Assembly: GCA_013239625.1 (NCBI GenBank)
Contig: MU057357.1
Coordinates: 36,998,741 to 37,062,740, forward strand
From: Lama guanicoe
Lineage: Eukaryota
DNA: 64,000 nucleotides
Reading direction: 5' to 3'
Shown here: piece by piece, positions 22,347-34,669 of the stretch
Position numbering within the stretch: position 1 is the stretch's first letter
How the letters are laid out: every line of letters begins with the position of its first letter
Position numbers and translations under genes: made by a program
The notes under the pieces: model-generated
Databases searched by the model: none
The model's input: only the letters and a program-made list of their open reading frames with translations
Told to the model about the DNA's origin: nothing

Positions 22347-22497
22347 GCTAAAGATAAAGAAGTGAGAGGAACAAAACTTGTTGTGACAGGATTAAAAGAA
22401 GGAGCATTCTACAAATTTAGAGTTAGAGCAGTCAACATTGCTGGCATTGGAGAACCTGGAGAAGTCACAGATGCCATTGAAATGAAGGACAGAACTG
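22347..22497 (+). CDS. TTN: TTN exon ~293, Fn3 A21 C-half
   Basis: 151 nt; pair sums to 300. Confidence 0.93.
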
Positions 22498-22585
22498 GTA
22501 ATTATTAATATTTCTATTATTTTACCGAGAGTTAGTTTTAGATTGGAAATGAAAAGCACATTTGTTATTTTCAATTGTTTTCCAG

Positions 22586-22867
22586 TATTACCTGACATTC
22601 AGCTGGATGCCAGCGTCAGAGACAGAATTGTGGTCCATGCTGGAGGGGTGATTCGGATCATTGCCTATGTGTCTGGAAAGCCTCCTCCAACCATTACCTG
22701 GAACATGAATGAAAGAGCATTACCTCAAGAAGCCACCATTGAGTCCACAGCCATTAGCTCATCCATGGTCATCAAGAATTGCCAGAGGAGCCACCAAGGC
22801 GTCTATTCTCTTCTTGCCAAAAATGCAGCCGGGGAAAGAAAGAAGACAATTATCGTTGATGTATTAG
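22586..22867 (+). CDS. TTN: TTN exon ~294, Ig A22
   Basis: 282 nt. Confidence 0.94.
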
Positions 22868-22944
22868 GTAAAAACTTTCAATTTGTCCAAGCAACTTTAA
22901 AAAATAACATTTTATTTCATCTACAACAAAGCTCTATTATTTAA

Positions 22945-23330
22945 AAAAAAAGCTATGTTACAAATATTTTGGAAAATAAGAAAAATCACCCACAATCCCA
23001 TTGACCACTATTAGCATTAAAAAAAAAACTTCCTCGTTGCTTTTTTATCCTATACATATTTTATATGCTTGTACTCCTACGATAAATTCTTGTGAGTTGC
23101 CTTTTTATATAACACACCACCATAAACATTTACTATGTTGTTATATAGTTTTCATAAAAGCAGTGTTCCTGCAGATGTACATGAATGTTTAACAATTTGC
23201 TATGGTTGACCATTTTCACATCATAGGACCTGCTGGTTATCATCATAATGCAAAAATCCCTTTGAAGTTTTCGGTATTCTAATTGAAGAGAAGCATCATA
23301 TTTGGTTATCAATATTGCATTTTTAGTCAC
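22945..23330 (-). mobile_element. Ancient L1ME-like 3' fragment
   Basis: TTTGGAAAAT..AAAAATCACCCACAATCCCA..ACCACTATTAGCATT resembles the reverse L1ME 3'UTR; boundaries approximate. Confidence 0.45.
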
Positions 23331-23861
23331 TGAATATCGAGTCGAATGCTACAAGTCTTGTTCATGCCTCTCGCTGGCTTTATTCCAGTGATTTGCTCAA
23401 AAAGTGAAGCCCTCCCACCCAGATCTCTCTCTCAGCCTATCTCTAGGCACAACTAAACTCCAAACACCCAGTTTTTATGTGAAAATAACCAGTTTTCTAT
23501 TGGACATAATTAATATTGATGAATGAAACTGGCATGAGGAAAAAGATTTCATTGAGCAACAGTCTTTCAAGCTTCTAGGTTGTTTCAAACTCCTAAACAG
23601 TCTTTTGTCCAATGGTTATTACTTTAAGAACTAGTGCCCTTCCAGGTTGAATTCCAACCCTCTCAAAGGTCATTCTGAAATCTGGGGTCTCCTGTGCTAC
23701 TCAGATTCACTGGTCGCCCAGAAAAAATTCTCTCCTCCTTTCTCCTCTGAAGAGTAAACTGGACACAAAAAGTAGCCATGCCATCCTCACCCCTCTCCTG
23801 TCTCTGTGTGTTTGTCTCCAAACATCTCCCTCTTATCTAACTCATAAATTACTGGGGGGAA

Positions 23862-23920
23862 ATATATATATATATATATATATATTCATTGAATATATGA
23901 ATGAATATATATATTCATTC
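23862..23920. repeat. (AT)n microsatellite plus two adjacent palindromes
   Basis: (AT)~12, ATATATTCA-T-TGAATATAT at 23880-23898, GAATGAATATATATATTCATTC at 23899-23920. Confidence 0.9.
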
Positions 23921-24148
23921 TACTAAAGCAAGGGCAACCAGTAACTATTGCAAACCTATTTCATTTTAAAATATGGTTGAATATAGGTACCAAGGAAGGA
24001 AAAAAACAACTCAATAAATACAAAATCTTACTCTAACTCTTTTCATAACAACATTTTTGTCTCCCTTTTAAAAACGGAGGGTAACAAATATTGAGCCCTG
24101 TAGTTCATGGAGGTTCAACAACTAGAAACCTTTTCCTCTTATTTCCAG

Positions 24149-24451
24149 ATGTGCCAGGCCCTGTTGGAATACCATTCCTGCCTCACAACCTAACCAATGA
24201 CTCCTGCAAATTGACATGGTTCTCTCCAGAAGATGATGGAGGCTCTCCAATCACCAATTATGTAATTGAAAAGAGGGAATCTGACCGCAGAGCATGGACC
24301 CCAGTGACATGCACAGTCACCCGACAAAATGCTACTGTCCAAGGTCTCATTCAAGGAAAAGCCTACTTTTTCCGAATTGCAGCTGAAAATAGTATTGGCA
24401 TGGGCCCGTTTGTTGAGACAACAGATGCACTTGTCATAAGAGATCCAATAA
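24149..24451 (+). CDS. TTN: TTN exon ~295, Fn3 A23
   Basis: 303 nt. Confidence 0.95.
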
Positions 24452-24931
24452 GTAAGTACAATTTAAAACAATTTCATCCTTAGTCATTTCTTCATTTATT
24501 TAATAAAAGACTATAGTGACAAAATTGGTGTATAAATGCCAGTTTCGTTCAATTTGTCAAGAATTCCTCAGGTAAATACCCAGTATCTGATGTTGGTAGT
24601 ATTGGAATGTGATCATGAAAGAGATTAAGGGAATATATACGATTCTTCAAATCCTTTCATGTAATACTATGCTGATTTTTTTTTAATTTTCAACTTAATG
24701 GCATAAATATGAAGTATTTCCCTAACTCTAAAACTATCAACTCTGGAGAACTTTCCTGAATTATTTGGCCTCAGTGAACCTCCCTATTTGCTTATCTGGA
24801 AATTAGATTATATTGGGTCCCTTTTAGATTTAACCATTGTATGTTAAGATTTCTTTTGCTAGTTAGCAAAACAAATAGTTTAATGTTTAAATGCAATTCT
24901 CAAAAAGTATTACTTACTTCATTCTACTACA

Positions 24932-25121
24932 TTTTTTTTTTTTGAGTAAAGGTAGATTTATTTAGAGAGATACATACTGCATAGAGTGTATACTGTTTAA
25001 AAAGGCAAGAGAAAGGCCACGAGGTATAGGGGTTGGGTGCTCAGGTTAAAGTAAAAGTAGATACACATCCCATAGACAGAATGCGGGCCATCTCCAAAGA
25101 GGAGGGAGTGAGAGAGGCATC
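24932..25121 (-). mobile_element. Polyadenylated ~190-nt retrocopy with 14-bp TSD (LTR R-region-like, non-tRNA)
   Basis: TSD CATTCTACTACATT at 24920-24933 and 25122-25135; T12 tail; TTTATT at 24957-24962. Confidence 0.85.
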
Positions 25122-25176
25122 CATTCTACTACATTCTTAATACGACATTTGTTTCATTGTCATTCCACACTTGCAG

Positions 25177-25479
25177 CTGTACCAGAGCGTCCTGAAGACC
25201 TAGAAGTCAAAGAAGTTACTAAAGATTCTGTCACTTTGACTTGGAATCCTCCAAAGTATGATGGCGGATCAGAAATTATTAACTACATCCTAGAAAGCCG
25301 TCTCATTGGAACCGAGAAGTTCCACAAAGTTACAAACGACAACTTGCTTGGCAGGAAGTATACTGTGAAAGGCTTAAAAGAAGGTGATACCTACGAGTAC
25401 CGTGTCAGTGCAGTCAATATTGTTGGACAAGGCAAACCATCATTTTGCACCAAGCCAATCACCTGCAGGGATGAGCTGG
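25177..25479 (+). CDS. TTN: TTN exon ~296, Fn3 A24
   Basis: 303 nt. Confidence 0.95.
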
Positions 25480-25579
25480 GTATGTGTCAAATGCAGTTCA
25501 TATTTTGCAAACTTGTACATCTATAGATTTATCCTAGGACATCAGTCCAGCTGACTTGCCTTTATAATTGTAATTTTAG

Positions 25580-25861
25580 CTCCTCCGACGCTTGACCTCG
25601 ACTTCAGAGATAAGCTCACGATTCGAGTTGGTGAAGCTTTTGCCCTCACTGGCCGTTACTCAGGCAAACCAAAGCCCAAGGTTACTTGGTTCAAAGATGA
25701 CGCTGATGTGCTGGAAGACGATCGCACTCACATAAAGACCACTCCTACGACACTTGCTCTAGAGAAGCTCAAGGCCAAGCGTTCAGATTCTGGCAAATAC
25801 TGTGTGGTTGTGGAGAACAGTACAGGCTCCAGGAAAGGGTTCTGTCAAGTTAATGTTGTTG
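25580..25861 (+). CDS. TTN: TTN exon ~297, Ig A25
   Basis: 282 nt. Confidence 0.95.
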
Positions 25862-25953
25862 GTAAGTGTTATGTAGCAAGAAGGAGAGAGATCCTGTTCT
25901 TTCCAAAGCAGATGTGCAAATCACATTTTGTGCTGTGATTTTTTTTCCTTCAG

Positions 25954-26253
25954 ACCGTCCTGGACCACCAGTAGGACCAGTTATTTTTGATGAGGTGACC
26001 AAAGATTACATGGTTATCTCTTGGAAGCCACCTTTAGATGATGGAGGCAGTGAAATTACCAATTACATTATTGAGAAGAAGGAGACAGGCAAAGATGTCT
26101 GGATGCCCGTGACATCTGCAAGTGCTAAAACAACATGCAAAGTTCCTAAACTGCTTGAAGGAAAAGATTATATTTTCCGGATATATGCTGAAAATCTGTA
26201 TGGAATAAGTGATCCTCTGGTGTCTGATTCAATGAAAGCCAAAGATCGCTTCA
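25954..26253 (+). CDS. TTN: TTN exon ~298, Fn3 A26
   Basis: 300 nt. Confidence 0.95.
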
Positions 26254-26346
26254 GTATGCATTATATTTCTTTTTAATGGTTCAACATTTGAGGTTGTTAA
26301 TAGGAAGAATTAAATTTCTAATGCATTTTGCTAATGTTTGTTATAG

Positions 26347-26649
26347 GAGTTCCTGATGCACCTGACCAGCCAACTGTTACAGAAGTTACCAAAGACTCTG
26401 CATTAGTAACGTGGAACAAGCCAAATGATGGTGGAAAGCCCATCACAAACTACATCCTGGAGAAGAGGGAAACTATGTCTAAACGATGGGCTAGAGTTAC
26501 CAAAGAGCCTATCCATCCACACACCAAATTTAGGGTTCCTGATCTTCTAGAAGGATGTCACTATGAATTCCGGGTTTCTGCAGAAAATGAAATTGGTATT
26601 GGAGACCCAAGCCCACCATCCAAACCAGTCATTGCTAAAGATCCAATTG
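26347..26649 (+). CDS. TTN: TTN exon ~299, Fn3 A27
   Basis: 303 nt. Confidence 0.94.
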
Positions 26650-26744
26650 GTATAGTACTAAAGCATTCATTCAGCTTTCATTTTATCCAGCTTTGTTGTC
26701 AGCTATATTCTGACACCTTTTTGGTTTTTTCTTTTATTATGCAG

Positions 26745-27053
26745 CTAAGCCAAGTCCACCTGTTAATCCTGAAGCAATAGATACAACATGTAATTCAGTT
26801 GATCTAACTTGGCAGCCACCCCGTCATGATGGTGGGAGCAAGATTCTGGGTTATATTGTTGAGTACCAGAAAGTTGGAGATGAAGAATGGAAAAGAGCCA
26901 ATCACACTCCTGAGTCATGTCCTGAAACTAAATATAAAGTCACTGGTCTTCGGGATGGTCAGTCCTATAAGTTCAGAGTAATAGCAGTCAATGAAGCTGG
27001 TGAATCAGATCCAGCTCATGTACCAGAGCCAGTGCTAGTAAAAGACAGACTCG
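26745..27053 (+). CDS. TTN: TTN exon ~300, Fn3 A28
   Basis: 309 nt; KPSPPVNPEAIDTT. Confidence 0.94.
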
Positions 27054-27168
27054 GTGAGTAACATGTTCTCAGCTGCCTTTGCAAGGAAGATAGGCATTCC
27101 ACTGTCTATGCTTCATTGGAAAATACAGTAACAAATCAAATCTGAAAGTACCATTCTCTTTATTCTAG

Positions 27169-27450
27169 AACCACCTGAGTTGATTCTTGATGCCAACATG
27201 GCAAGAGAACAACACATAAAAGTTGGTGACACTCTGAGACTTAGTGCCATCATCAAAGGAGTGCCATTCCCAAAAGTAACCTGGAAAAAAGGAGACAGAG
27301 AGGCTCCAACTAAAGCACGAATTGACACTACTCCAGTTGGTAGCAAGCTTGAAATTCGTAATGCTCTCCATGAAGATGGTGGAATGTATTCCTTAACAGT
27401 AGAGAATCCAGCTGGTTCAAAAACTGTCTCAGTAAAAGTACTCGTATTAG
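27169..27450 (+). CDS. TTN: TTN exon ~301, Ig A29
   Basis: 282 nt. Confidence 0.95.
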
Positions 27451-27573
27451 GTAAGAATTTTAGTACTTATGATGTATTTAATGCAATGGCATAAAAAAGT
27501 ACCTTTTAATACATTTCGAGCTCTTAACCTGGATGAAGCCATACACATAACTGCATTATTTAATACTTTTCAG

Positions 27574-27873
27574 ATAAGCCTGGGCCACCCAGAGATCTGG
27601 AAGTCAGTGAAATTAGGAAAGATTCTTGTTACCTTACTTGGAAGGAACCACTGGATGATGGCGGTTCTGTCATTACAAATTATGTGGTTGAGAGGAAAGA
27701 TGTTGCCAGTGCCCAGTGGTCTCCTCTTTCAACTACATCAAAGAAAAAGAGTCACATGGCTAAACATCTTAATGAAGGTAATCAGTACCTCTTCCGAGTA
27801 GCTGCTGAGAACCAGTATGGACGTGGTCCTTTCGTGGAAACACTTAAACCCATAAAGGCTCTGGATCCCCTAC
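27574..27873 (+). CDS. TTN: TTN exon ~302, Fn3 A30
   Basis: 300 nt. Confidence 0.95.
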
Positions 27874-27956
27874 GTAAGTTGCTTTCTTTAGATACAAAAG
27901 TACTTTTTGATTATTTTTAAGAATATTATTTATTCATCACAATTTCTTCTGAAAAG

Positions 27957-28250
27957 ATCCCCCAGGGCCACCCAAGAACCTACACCATGTAGATGTTGAC
28001 AAGACTGAAGTGTCCCTTGTTTGGAATAAGCCAGATCGTGATGGTGGCTCTCCAATCACTGGATATTTGGTGGAATATCAAGAAGAGGGCGCTGAAGACT
28101 GGATTAAGTTCAAGACTGTGACAAACTTAGAGTGTGTTGTCACTGGACTACAACAAGGAAAGACTTACAGATTCCGTGTAAGAGCTGAAAATATTGTGGG
28201 TCTTGGTCTTCCCGACACAACTATCCCAATAGAATGTCAAGAAAAACTAG
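27957..28250 (+). CDS. TTN: TTN exon ~303, Fn3 A31
   Basis: 294 nt; GAAAAG acceptor. Confidence 0.91.
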
Positions 28251-28340
28251 GTAATGATGAGCTTGGCATTATTTTATTTATTTTTTAAACTATTTGTATT
28301 GTGAAAATCAAAATCTAATTTCCTCATGTTTACTTTCCAG

Positions 28341-31307
28341 TGCCTCCATCAGTGGAGCTGGATGTGAAATTAATTGAAGGCCTTGTGGTAAAAGCTGGAA
28401 CTACAGTCAGATTCCCTGCCATTATAAGAGGTGTACCCATTCCTACTGCAAAGTGGACAACTGATGGGAATGAGATTAAAACAGATGAACACTACACAGT
28501 TGAAACTGACAACTTCTCATCAGTTCTTACCATTAAGAACTGCTTAAGGAAAGACACCGGGGAATATCAGATCACAGTTTCCAATGCTGCTGGCACCAAA
28601 ACAGTAGCTGTACATCTTACTGTTCTTGATGTCCCTGGTCCACCAACAGGTCCCATTAATATTCTGGAAGTTACCCCTGAACACATGACTATCTCATGGC
28701 AGCCGCCTAAAGATGATGGAGGAAGCCCTGTGATAAATTATATTGTTGAGAAAAAAGACACCAAGAAAGACACGTGGGGTGTTGTCTCTTCAGGAAGCAG
28801 TAAGACAAAGCTGAAAGTCCCACATCTGCAAAAGGGCTGTGAATATGTTTTCCGAGTTAAAGCAGAGAATAAGATTGGTGTTGGTCCTCCCCTGGACTCC
28901 ATACCTACTGTTGCTAAACATAAGTTTAGTCCTCCATCTCCTCCCGGTAAACCAGTGGTTACTGACATTACTGAAAATGCTGCAACAGTGTCTTGGACCC
29001 TGCCAAAATCTGATGGCGGCAGTCCAATAACCGGTTACTACGTGGAACGTCGAGAAGTAACGGGCAAATGGGTGAGAGTCAACAAAACACCGATAGCCGA
29101 CCTGAAGTTTAGAGTGACTGGACTCTATGAGGGAAATACATACGAGTTTAGAGTTTTTGCTGAGAATCTTGCAGGACTAAGCGGTCCATCCCCAAGTTCT
29201 GATCCAATAAAAGCCTGCCGGCCCATCAAACCACCTGGACCACCTATTAATCCTAAGCTGAAAGACAAGACCAGAGAAACAGCTGACCTAGTATGGACAA
29301 AGCCTCTCAGTGATGGTGGTAGCCCCATTCTGGGCTACGTAGTGGAGTGTCAGAAAGCTGGAACAACACAGTGGAGCAGGATTAATAAAGATGAACTGAT
29401 CAGGCAGTGTGCCTTTAGGGTACCTGGACTTATTGAAGGAAATGAGTACAGATTCCGTATAAAGGCAGCTAATATTGTGGGAGAGGGAGAGCCAAGAGAA
29501 CTAGCAGAGTCTGTGATTGCAAAGGATATCCTTCACCCTCCAGAAGTAGAACTTGATGTGACTTGTCGTGATGTTATTACCGTTAGAGTGGGCCAAACTA
29601 TCCACATTCTTGCTCGGGTAAAAGGCAGACCTGAACCAGACATAACCTGGTCTAAGGAGGGCAAAGCATTGGTCCGAGAAAAGCGAGTTGACCTAATTCA
29701 CGATCTGCCTCGTGTTGAGTTACATATTAAGGAAGCTGTCAGAGCTGACCATGGCAAGTATATCATCTCTGCTAAGAACAGCAGTGGGCATGCCCAGGGT
29801 CATGCTATCGTTAATGTCCTCGACAGACCTGGGCCTTGCCAGAATTTAAAGGTCAGCAATGTAACCAAAGAGAACTGTACAATTTCTTGGGAAAACCCAC
29901 TAGATAATGGTGGCTCAGAAATAACAAATTTCATAGTGGAGTATCGCAAGCCAAACCAGAGAGGCTGGTCAATTGTTGCTTCAGATGTCACTAAGCGATT
30001 AATCAAGGCCAACCTTTTAGCCAACAATGAATACTACTTCCGAGTTTGTGCAGAGAATAAAGTAGGTGTTGGGCCAACCATTGAAACAAAAACTCCAATT
30101 CTGGCTATTAACCCTATTGATAGACCAGGTGAGCCTGAAAACCTTCATATTGCAGATAAAGGAAAGACATTTGTCTATCTGAAGTGGAGGCGGCCTGACT
30201 ATGACGGTGGTAGCCCAAATCTGTCATACCACGTTGAAAGGAGGCTGAAGGGCTCTGCTGACTGGGAAAGAGTGCATAAAGGAAGCATTAAAGATACCCA
30301 CTACATGGTTGACAAATGTGTTGAAAACCAGATTTATGAGTTCAGAGTGCAAACGAAGAATGAAGGTGGAGAAAGTGACTGGGTAAAGACAGAGGAAGTT
30401 GTTGTGAAGGAAGACTTACAGAAACCGGTACTTGATCTGAAATTAAGTGGTGTGCTAACTGTCAAAGCAGGCGACACCATTCGACTTGAGGCAGGTGTTA
30501 GAGGCAAACCATTTCCTGAAGTTTTATGGACCAAGGACAGAGATGCTACAGACTTAACAAGATCACCAAGGGTCAAAATTGAGACCAGTGCTGACTCATC
30601 TAAATTTTCTCTCACTAAAGCAAAGCGAAGTGATGGTGGTAAATATGTAATTACAGCAACAAACACAGCTGGCAGTTTTGTGGCCTATGCCACTGTCAAT
30701 GTTTTAGATAAGCCTGGTCCTGTGAGAAACCTGAAAATTGTTGATGTGTCCAGCGACAGGTGTAGTCTTCACTGGGATCCACCAGAGGATGATGGTGGCT
30801 GTGAAATCCAAAATTATATTGTAGAAAAATGTGAGAGCAAGCGAATGGTTTGGTCTACCTTTTCCTCTACTATCTTAACACCTGGTGCTACAGTAACTCG
30901 TCTCATAGAAGGAAATGAATATATCTTCAGAGTCCGTGCAGAAAATAAAATAGGCACAGGGCCTCCAACAGAAACTAAACCAGTCATTGCAAAAACCAAG
31001 TATGACAGACCTGGACGCCCTGATCCCCCTGAAGTCACTAAAGTAAGCAAAGAAGAGATGACTGTGGTTTGGACTCCACCTGAATATGATGGTGGAAAGT
31101 CTATCACAGGATACTTTTTGGAGAAAAAGGAAAAACATTCAACACGATGGGTCCCTGTCAACAAGAGTGCGATCCCTGAGAGACGTTTGAAAGTACAGAA
31201 TCTCCTCCCAGGACATGAATATCAGTTCCGTGTCAAGGCAGAAAATGAAATTGGAATTGGAGAACCAAGCTTGCCCTCAAGACCAGTGGTGGCAAAAGAC
31301 CCCATAG
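28341..31307 (+). CDS. TTN: TTN exon ~304, ten domains A32-A41
   Basis: 2,967 nt open frame, CAG|...TAG|GTATAA. Confidence 0.97.
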
Positions 31308-31627
31308 GTATAATGTTCTTGCTTTTTCTGGTATTACACCAACCCTTAAACTTAAGCACAGAGGTATTAGACAAATAAGTTAAATCCACAACATCAAAAC
31401 TTTATGTTAGCCAATATTTTCCCAAACAGATCTTTTACCAAATCGCCTAAAATGTACAAACAATAGTAGATTCTAATTTTATGAAGGAAAATAAGGAGGA
31501 CTCAGTACTTGAGAAATTGAATGTACTATCTGATTAATTAAGGATAGACTATAGAAAATTACACATTAAAATATCACTAATAGTAGTTAACCACATGTAA
31601 ATTTATTCTTACACAATTTACTTTCAG

Positions 31628-31948
31628 AACCACCTGGTCCACCAACCAACCTCAAAGTGGTTGATACAACCAAAAGTTCCATAACTCTTGGGTGGGGAAA
31701 ACCAGTGTATGATGGTGGTGCACCGATAATTGGATATGTTGTGGAAATGAGACCGAAAATAGCAGATGCATCACCTGATGAAGGCTGGAAAAGGTGCAAT
31801 GCCGCAGCACAACTTGTTCGCATGGAATTCACTGTCACCAGCTTGGATGAAAACCAGGAATATGAGTTCAGGGTGTGTGCCCAAAACCAGGTTGGCATTG
31901 GGCGCCCTGCAGAACTAAAGGATGCTATTAAACCTAAAGAGATCCTAG
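31628..31948 (+). CDS. TTN: TTN exon ~305, Fn3 A42 (end of D-zone)
   Basis: 321 nt. Confidence 0.95.
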
Positions 31949-32046
31949 GTGAGAACCTATTTTATCACTTGATTGACTCGTGTTTCACTTTTCACATGAT
32001 TTCCCCACATTCCAAAGTCAACTAATGGCTTTTGTGTTATTTGCAG

Positions 32047-32331
32047 AACCTCCGGAGATTGATCTGGATGCCAGCATGAGAAAACTGGTCACGGTGAGGG
32101 CAGGATGCCCCATTCGACTATTTGCCATCGTGAGAGGGCGACCAGCCCCTAAGGTCACTTGGCGAAAAGTGGGTATTGATAACGTGGTCAGAAAGGGACA
32201 AGTCGATCTGGTTGACACTATGGCCTTCCTCGTCATCCCCAATTCTACCCGAGATGACTCGGGAAAATACTCCCTGACGCTTGTGAACCCAGCAGGGGAA
32301 AAGGCTGTGTTCGTGAATGTCAGAGTATTAG
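32047..32331 (+). CDS. TTN: TTN exon ~306, Ig A43 (start of C-zone)
   Basis: 285 nt. Confidence 0.95.
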
Positions 32332-32432
32332 GTGGGTTAACAAGCTTCTTCCTTCCCTTCAAAAACACCTTAGTTAATAATTAATAAGGAGGCTGCAGAG
32401 ACTAGTGAGTCTGATTTTGTGGTTCTTTACAG

Positions 32433-32732
32433 ATACTCCCGGACCTGTGTCTGATTTAAAAGTTTCAGATGTCACTAAAACATCATGCCACGTGTCCTGG
32501 GTCCCTCCTGAGAACGACGGTGGGAGCCAAGTGACGCATTATATTGTGGAGAAACGTGAGGCAGACAGAAAGACATGGGCGACAGTCACACCAGAAGTTA
32601 AGAAAACGAGCTTCCACGTCACCAATCTTGTCCCTGGGAATGAGTATTTCTTCCGAGTCACTGCTGTCAATGAGTATGGCCCCGGTGTCCCAGCCGACGT
32701 CCCCAAACCAGTGCTCGCCTCAGATCCTCTAA
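32433..32732 (+). CDS. TTN: TTN exon ~307, Fn3 A44
   Basis: 300 nt. Confidence 0.95.
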
Positions 32733-32907
32733 GTAAGTTATATCCTTTCTTCCTCCTTTTAACTCTAGTCCTCGACTTCAGCAAAATCAAGATACTGAAC
32801 ATTTTAATCCACTACTGAAAGGGCCTTAACTTATAGAAACATGAACAGTACAAATAAATATCTAACTCACTCACTGAAGACTTTTTCGATCTGCCTCATC
32901 AGGTACC

Positions 32908-33004
32908 TTTTTTTTTTTTTTTCCTAATGGAGGTACTGGGGATTGAACTCAGGACCTCATGAATACTAAGCACATGCTTCTACCACTAAGCTCTACCCTC
33001 CCCT
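32908..33004 (-). mobile_element. tRNA-derived SINE (resembles the camelid Vic-1 type)
   Basis: Minus strand GGGGAGGGTAGAGCTTAGTGGTAGA (A box)..GAGTTCAATCCCC (B box) AGTACCTCC..A15. Confidence 0.85.
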
Positions 33005-33161
33005 CTTCATTGTGTACTTTTTATGTTCAACATACCGAGCGAAAGTATGTAGTTCCCATATACCTTGAAGCAAATGGCATACTACAGCATTTCTGTATAT
33101 TTACAAAGGGATTGGATTCGGTTACCTGGATAGTTTTATCTTAATCACTTTTTTCTTCTAG

Positions 33162-33464
33162 GTGAGCCGGATCCCCCAAGGAAACTAGAAGTTACTGAAA
33201 TGACCAAAAACAGTGCTGCATTAGCCTGGTTACCTCCCCTGCGCGACGGAGGTGCTAAAATCGACGGCTACATCATTAGTTACAGAGAAGAAGAGCAGCC
33301 TGCAGACCGCTGGACAGAGTACTCGGTGGTGAAAGATCTCAGCCTTGTTGTCACTGGGCTAAAGGAAGGAAAGAAATACAAATTTAGAGTAGTGGCCAGA
33401 AATGCTGTCGGCCTCAGTCTGCCAAGAGAAGCTGAAGGAGTCTACGAAGCCAAAGAACAGCTGT
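33162..33464 (+). CDS. TTN: TTN exon ~308, Fn3 A45
   Basis: 303 nt. Confidence 0.95.
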
Positions 33465-33899
33465 GTAAGTAGTCACTGAGTCATTTTTAATCATGGGATG
33501 AAAGTTTCCGAGAAATTTTCTTTTGACATGTAGACATTTCTCCCTGAGGAATCTTATTCCCAGAAATACTTGAAATATAGTAACGATCTGGGGTTTTGAA
33601 ACATTTGGGCCCATGAAATGTAGTAAATACATTCCAAATCATGACACAGTACACACCTATATTATGTAACTCAAAGAAGTTTCATGAAGCAACACCCATC
33701 TGGATTACGTATGCTGGACTCTGATATTTTCCATTTGTTTCAATCTCATTCTTTTTGAAAAATATTGGCAGAAATGCAGACATTAATTTGAACCCACTAA
33801 TGGGTTGCAAACAGCAATCTGAAAAACACTAGTATAGTTCCCCACCAGAAGAAATTTAACCTCCCCACAAAATTAACATTATTTTCCTTTCACTTTTAG

Positions 33900-34175
33900 T
33901 GCCACCAAAGATCCTCATGCCAGAGCAAATTACTATTAAAGCCGGGAAGAAACTCCGAATTGAAGCCCATGTGTATGGAAAGCCTTATCCGATCTGTAAA
34001 TGGAAGAAAGGAGAGGATGAAGTTGTCACATCCAGCCACCTGGCAGTGCATAAAGCAGACAATTCTTCAGTTCTGATCATAAAAGATGTTACTCGGAAAG
34101 ACAGCGGTTACTACAGCCTCACTGCAGAGAACAGTTCTGGGACAGACACTCAGAAGATCAAAGTTATCGTCATGG
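33900..34175 (+). CDS. TTN: TTN exon ~309, Ig A46
   Basis: 276 nt. Confidence 0.94.
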
Positions 34176-34278
34176 GTAGGTTAAGCGTTAGACAAATGGC
34201 CATCTAAATACGCAGATCAGAAACATGTTTTCCCATCAAACCCCTGTTCTTATGTTTCTTTCCCCTGGGTTCCCACAG

Positions 34279-34578
34279 ATGCTCCGGGGCCCCCCCAGCC
34301 TCCATTCGACATTTCTGACATAGATGCTGACGCTTGCTCCCTGTCATGGCACATCCCTCTTGAGGATGGAGGCAGTAACATCACCAACTACATAGTGGAG
34401 AAATGTGACGTAAGCCGAGGGGACTGGGTGACTGCGCTAGCTTCAGTGACAAAAACTTCCTGCAGAGTTGGAAAACTGATCCCTGGCCAAGAGTACGTCT
34501 TCCGGGTCCGTGCTGAGAATCGATTTGGCATTTCAGAGCCTCTCACATCTCCAAAGATGCTGGCTAAGTTCCCATTTG
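34279..34578 (+). CDS. TTN: TTN exon ~310, Fn3 A47
   Basis: 300 nt. Confidence 0.95.
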
Positions 34579-34669
34579 GTATGTTTCTTTCAGGGAAAGA
34601 AAAATTATATCTTATTTCTAGTCTGTTACTAAGACTAGAAACTGACATTTCCCTTATCTTCATCTCCAG

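Noticed and set aside
32923-33004. tRNA gene
   Set aside because: Degenerate, poly(A)-tailed and without an intact cloverleaf; it is a SINE.
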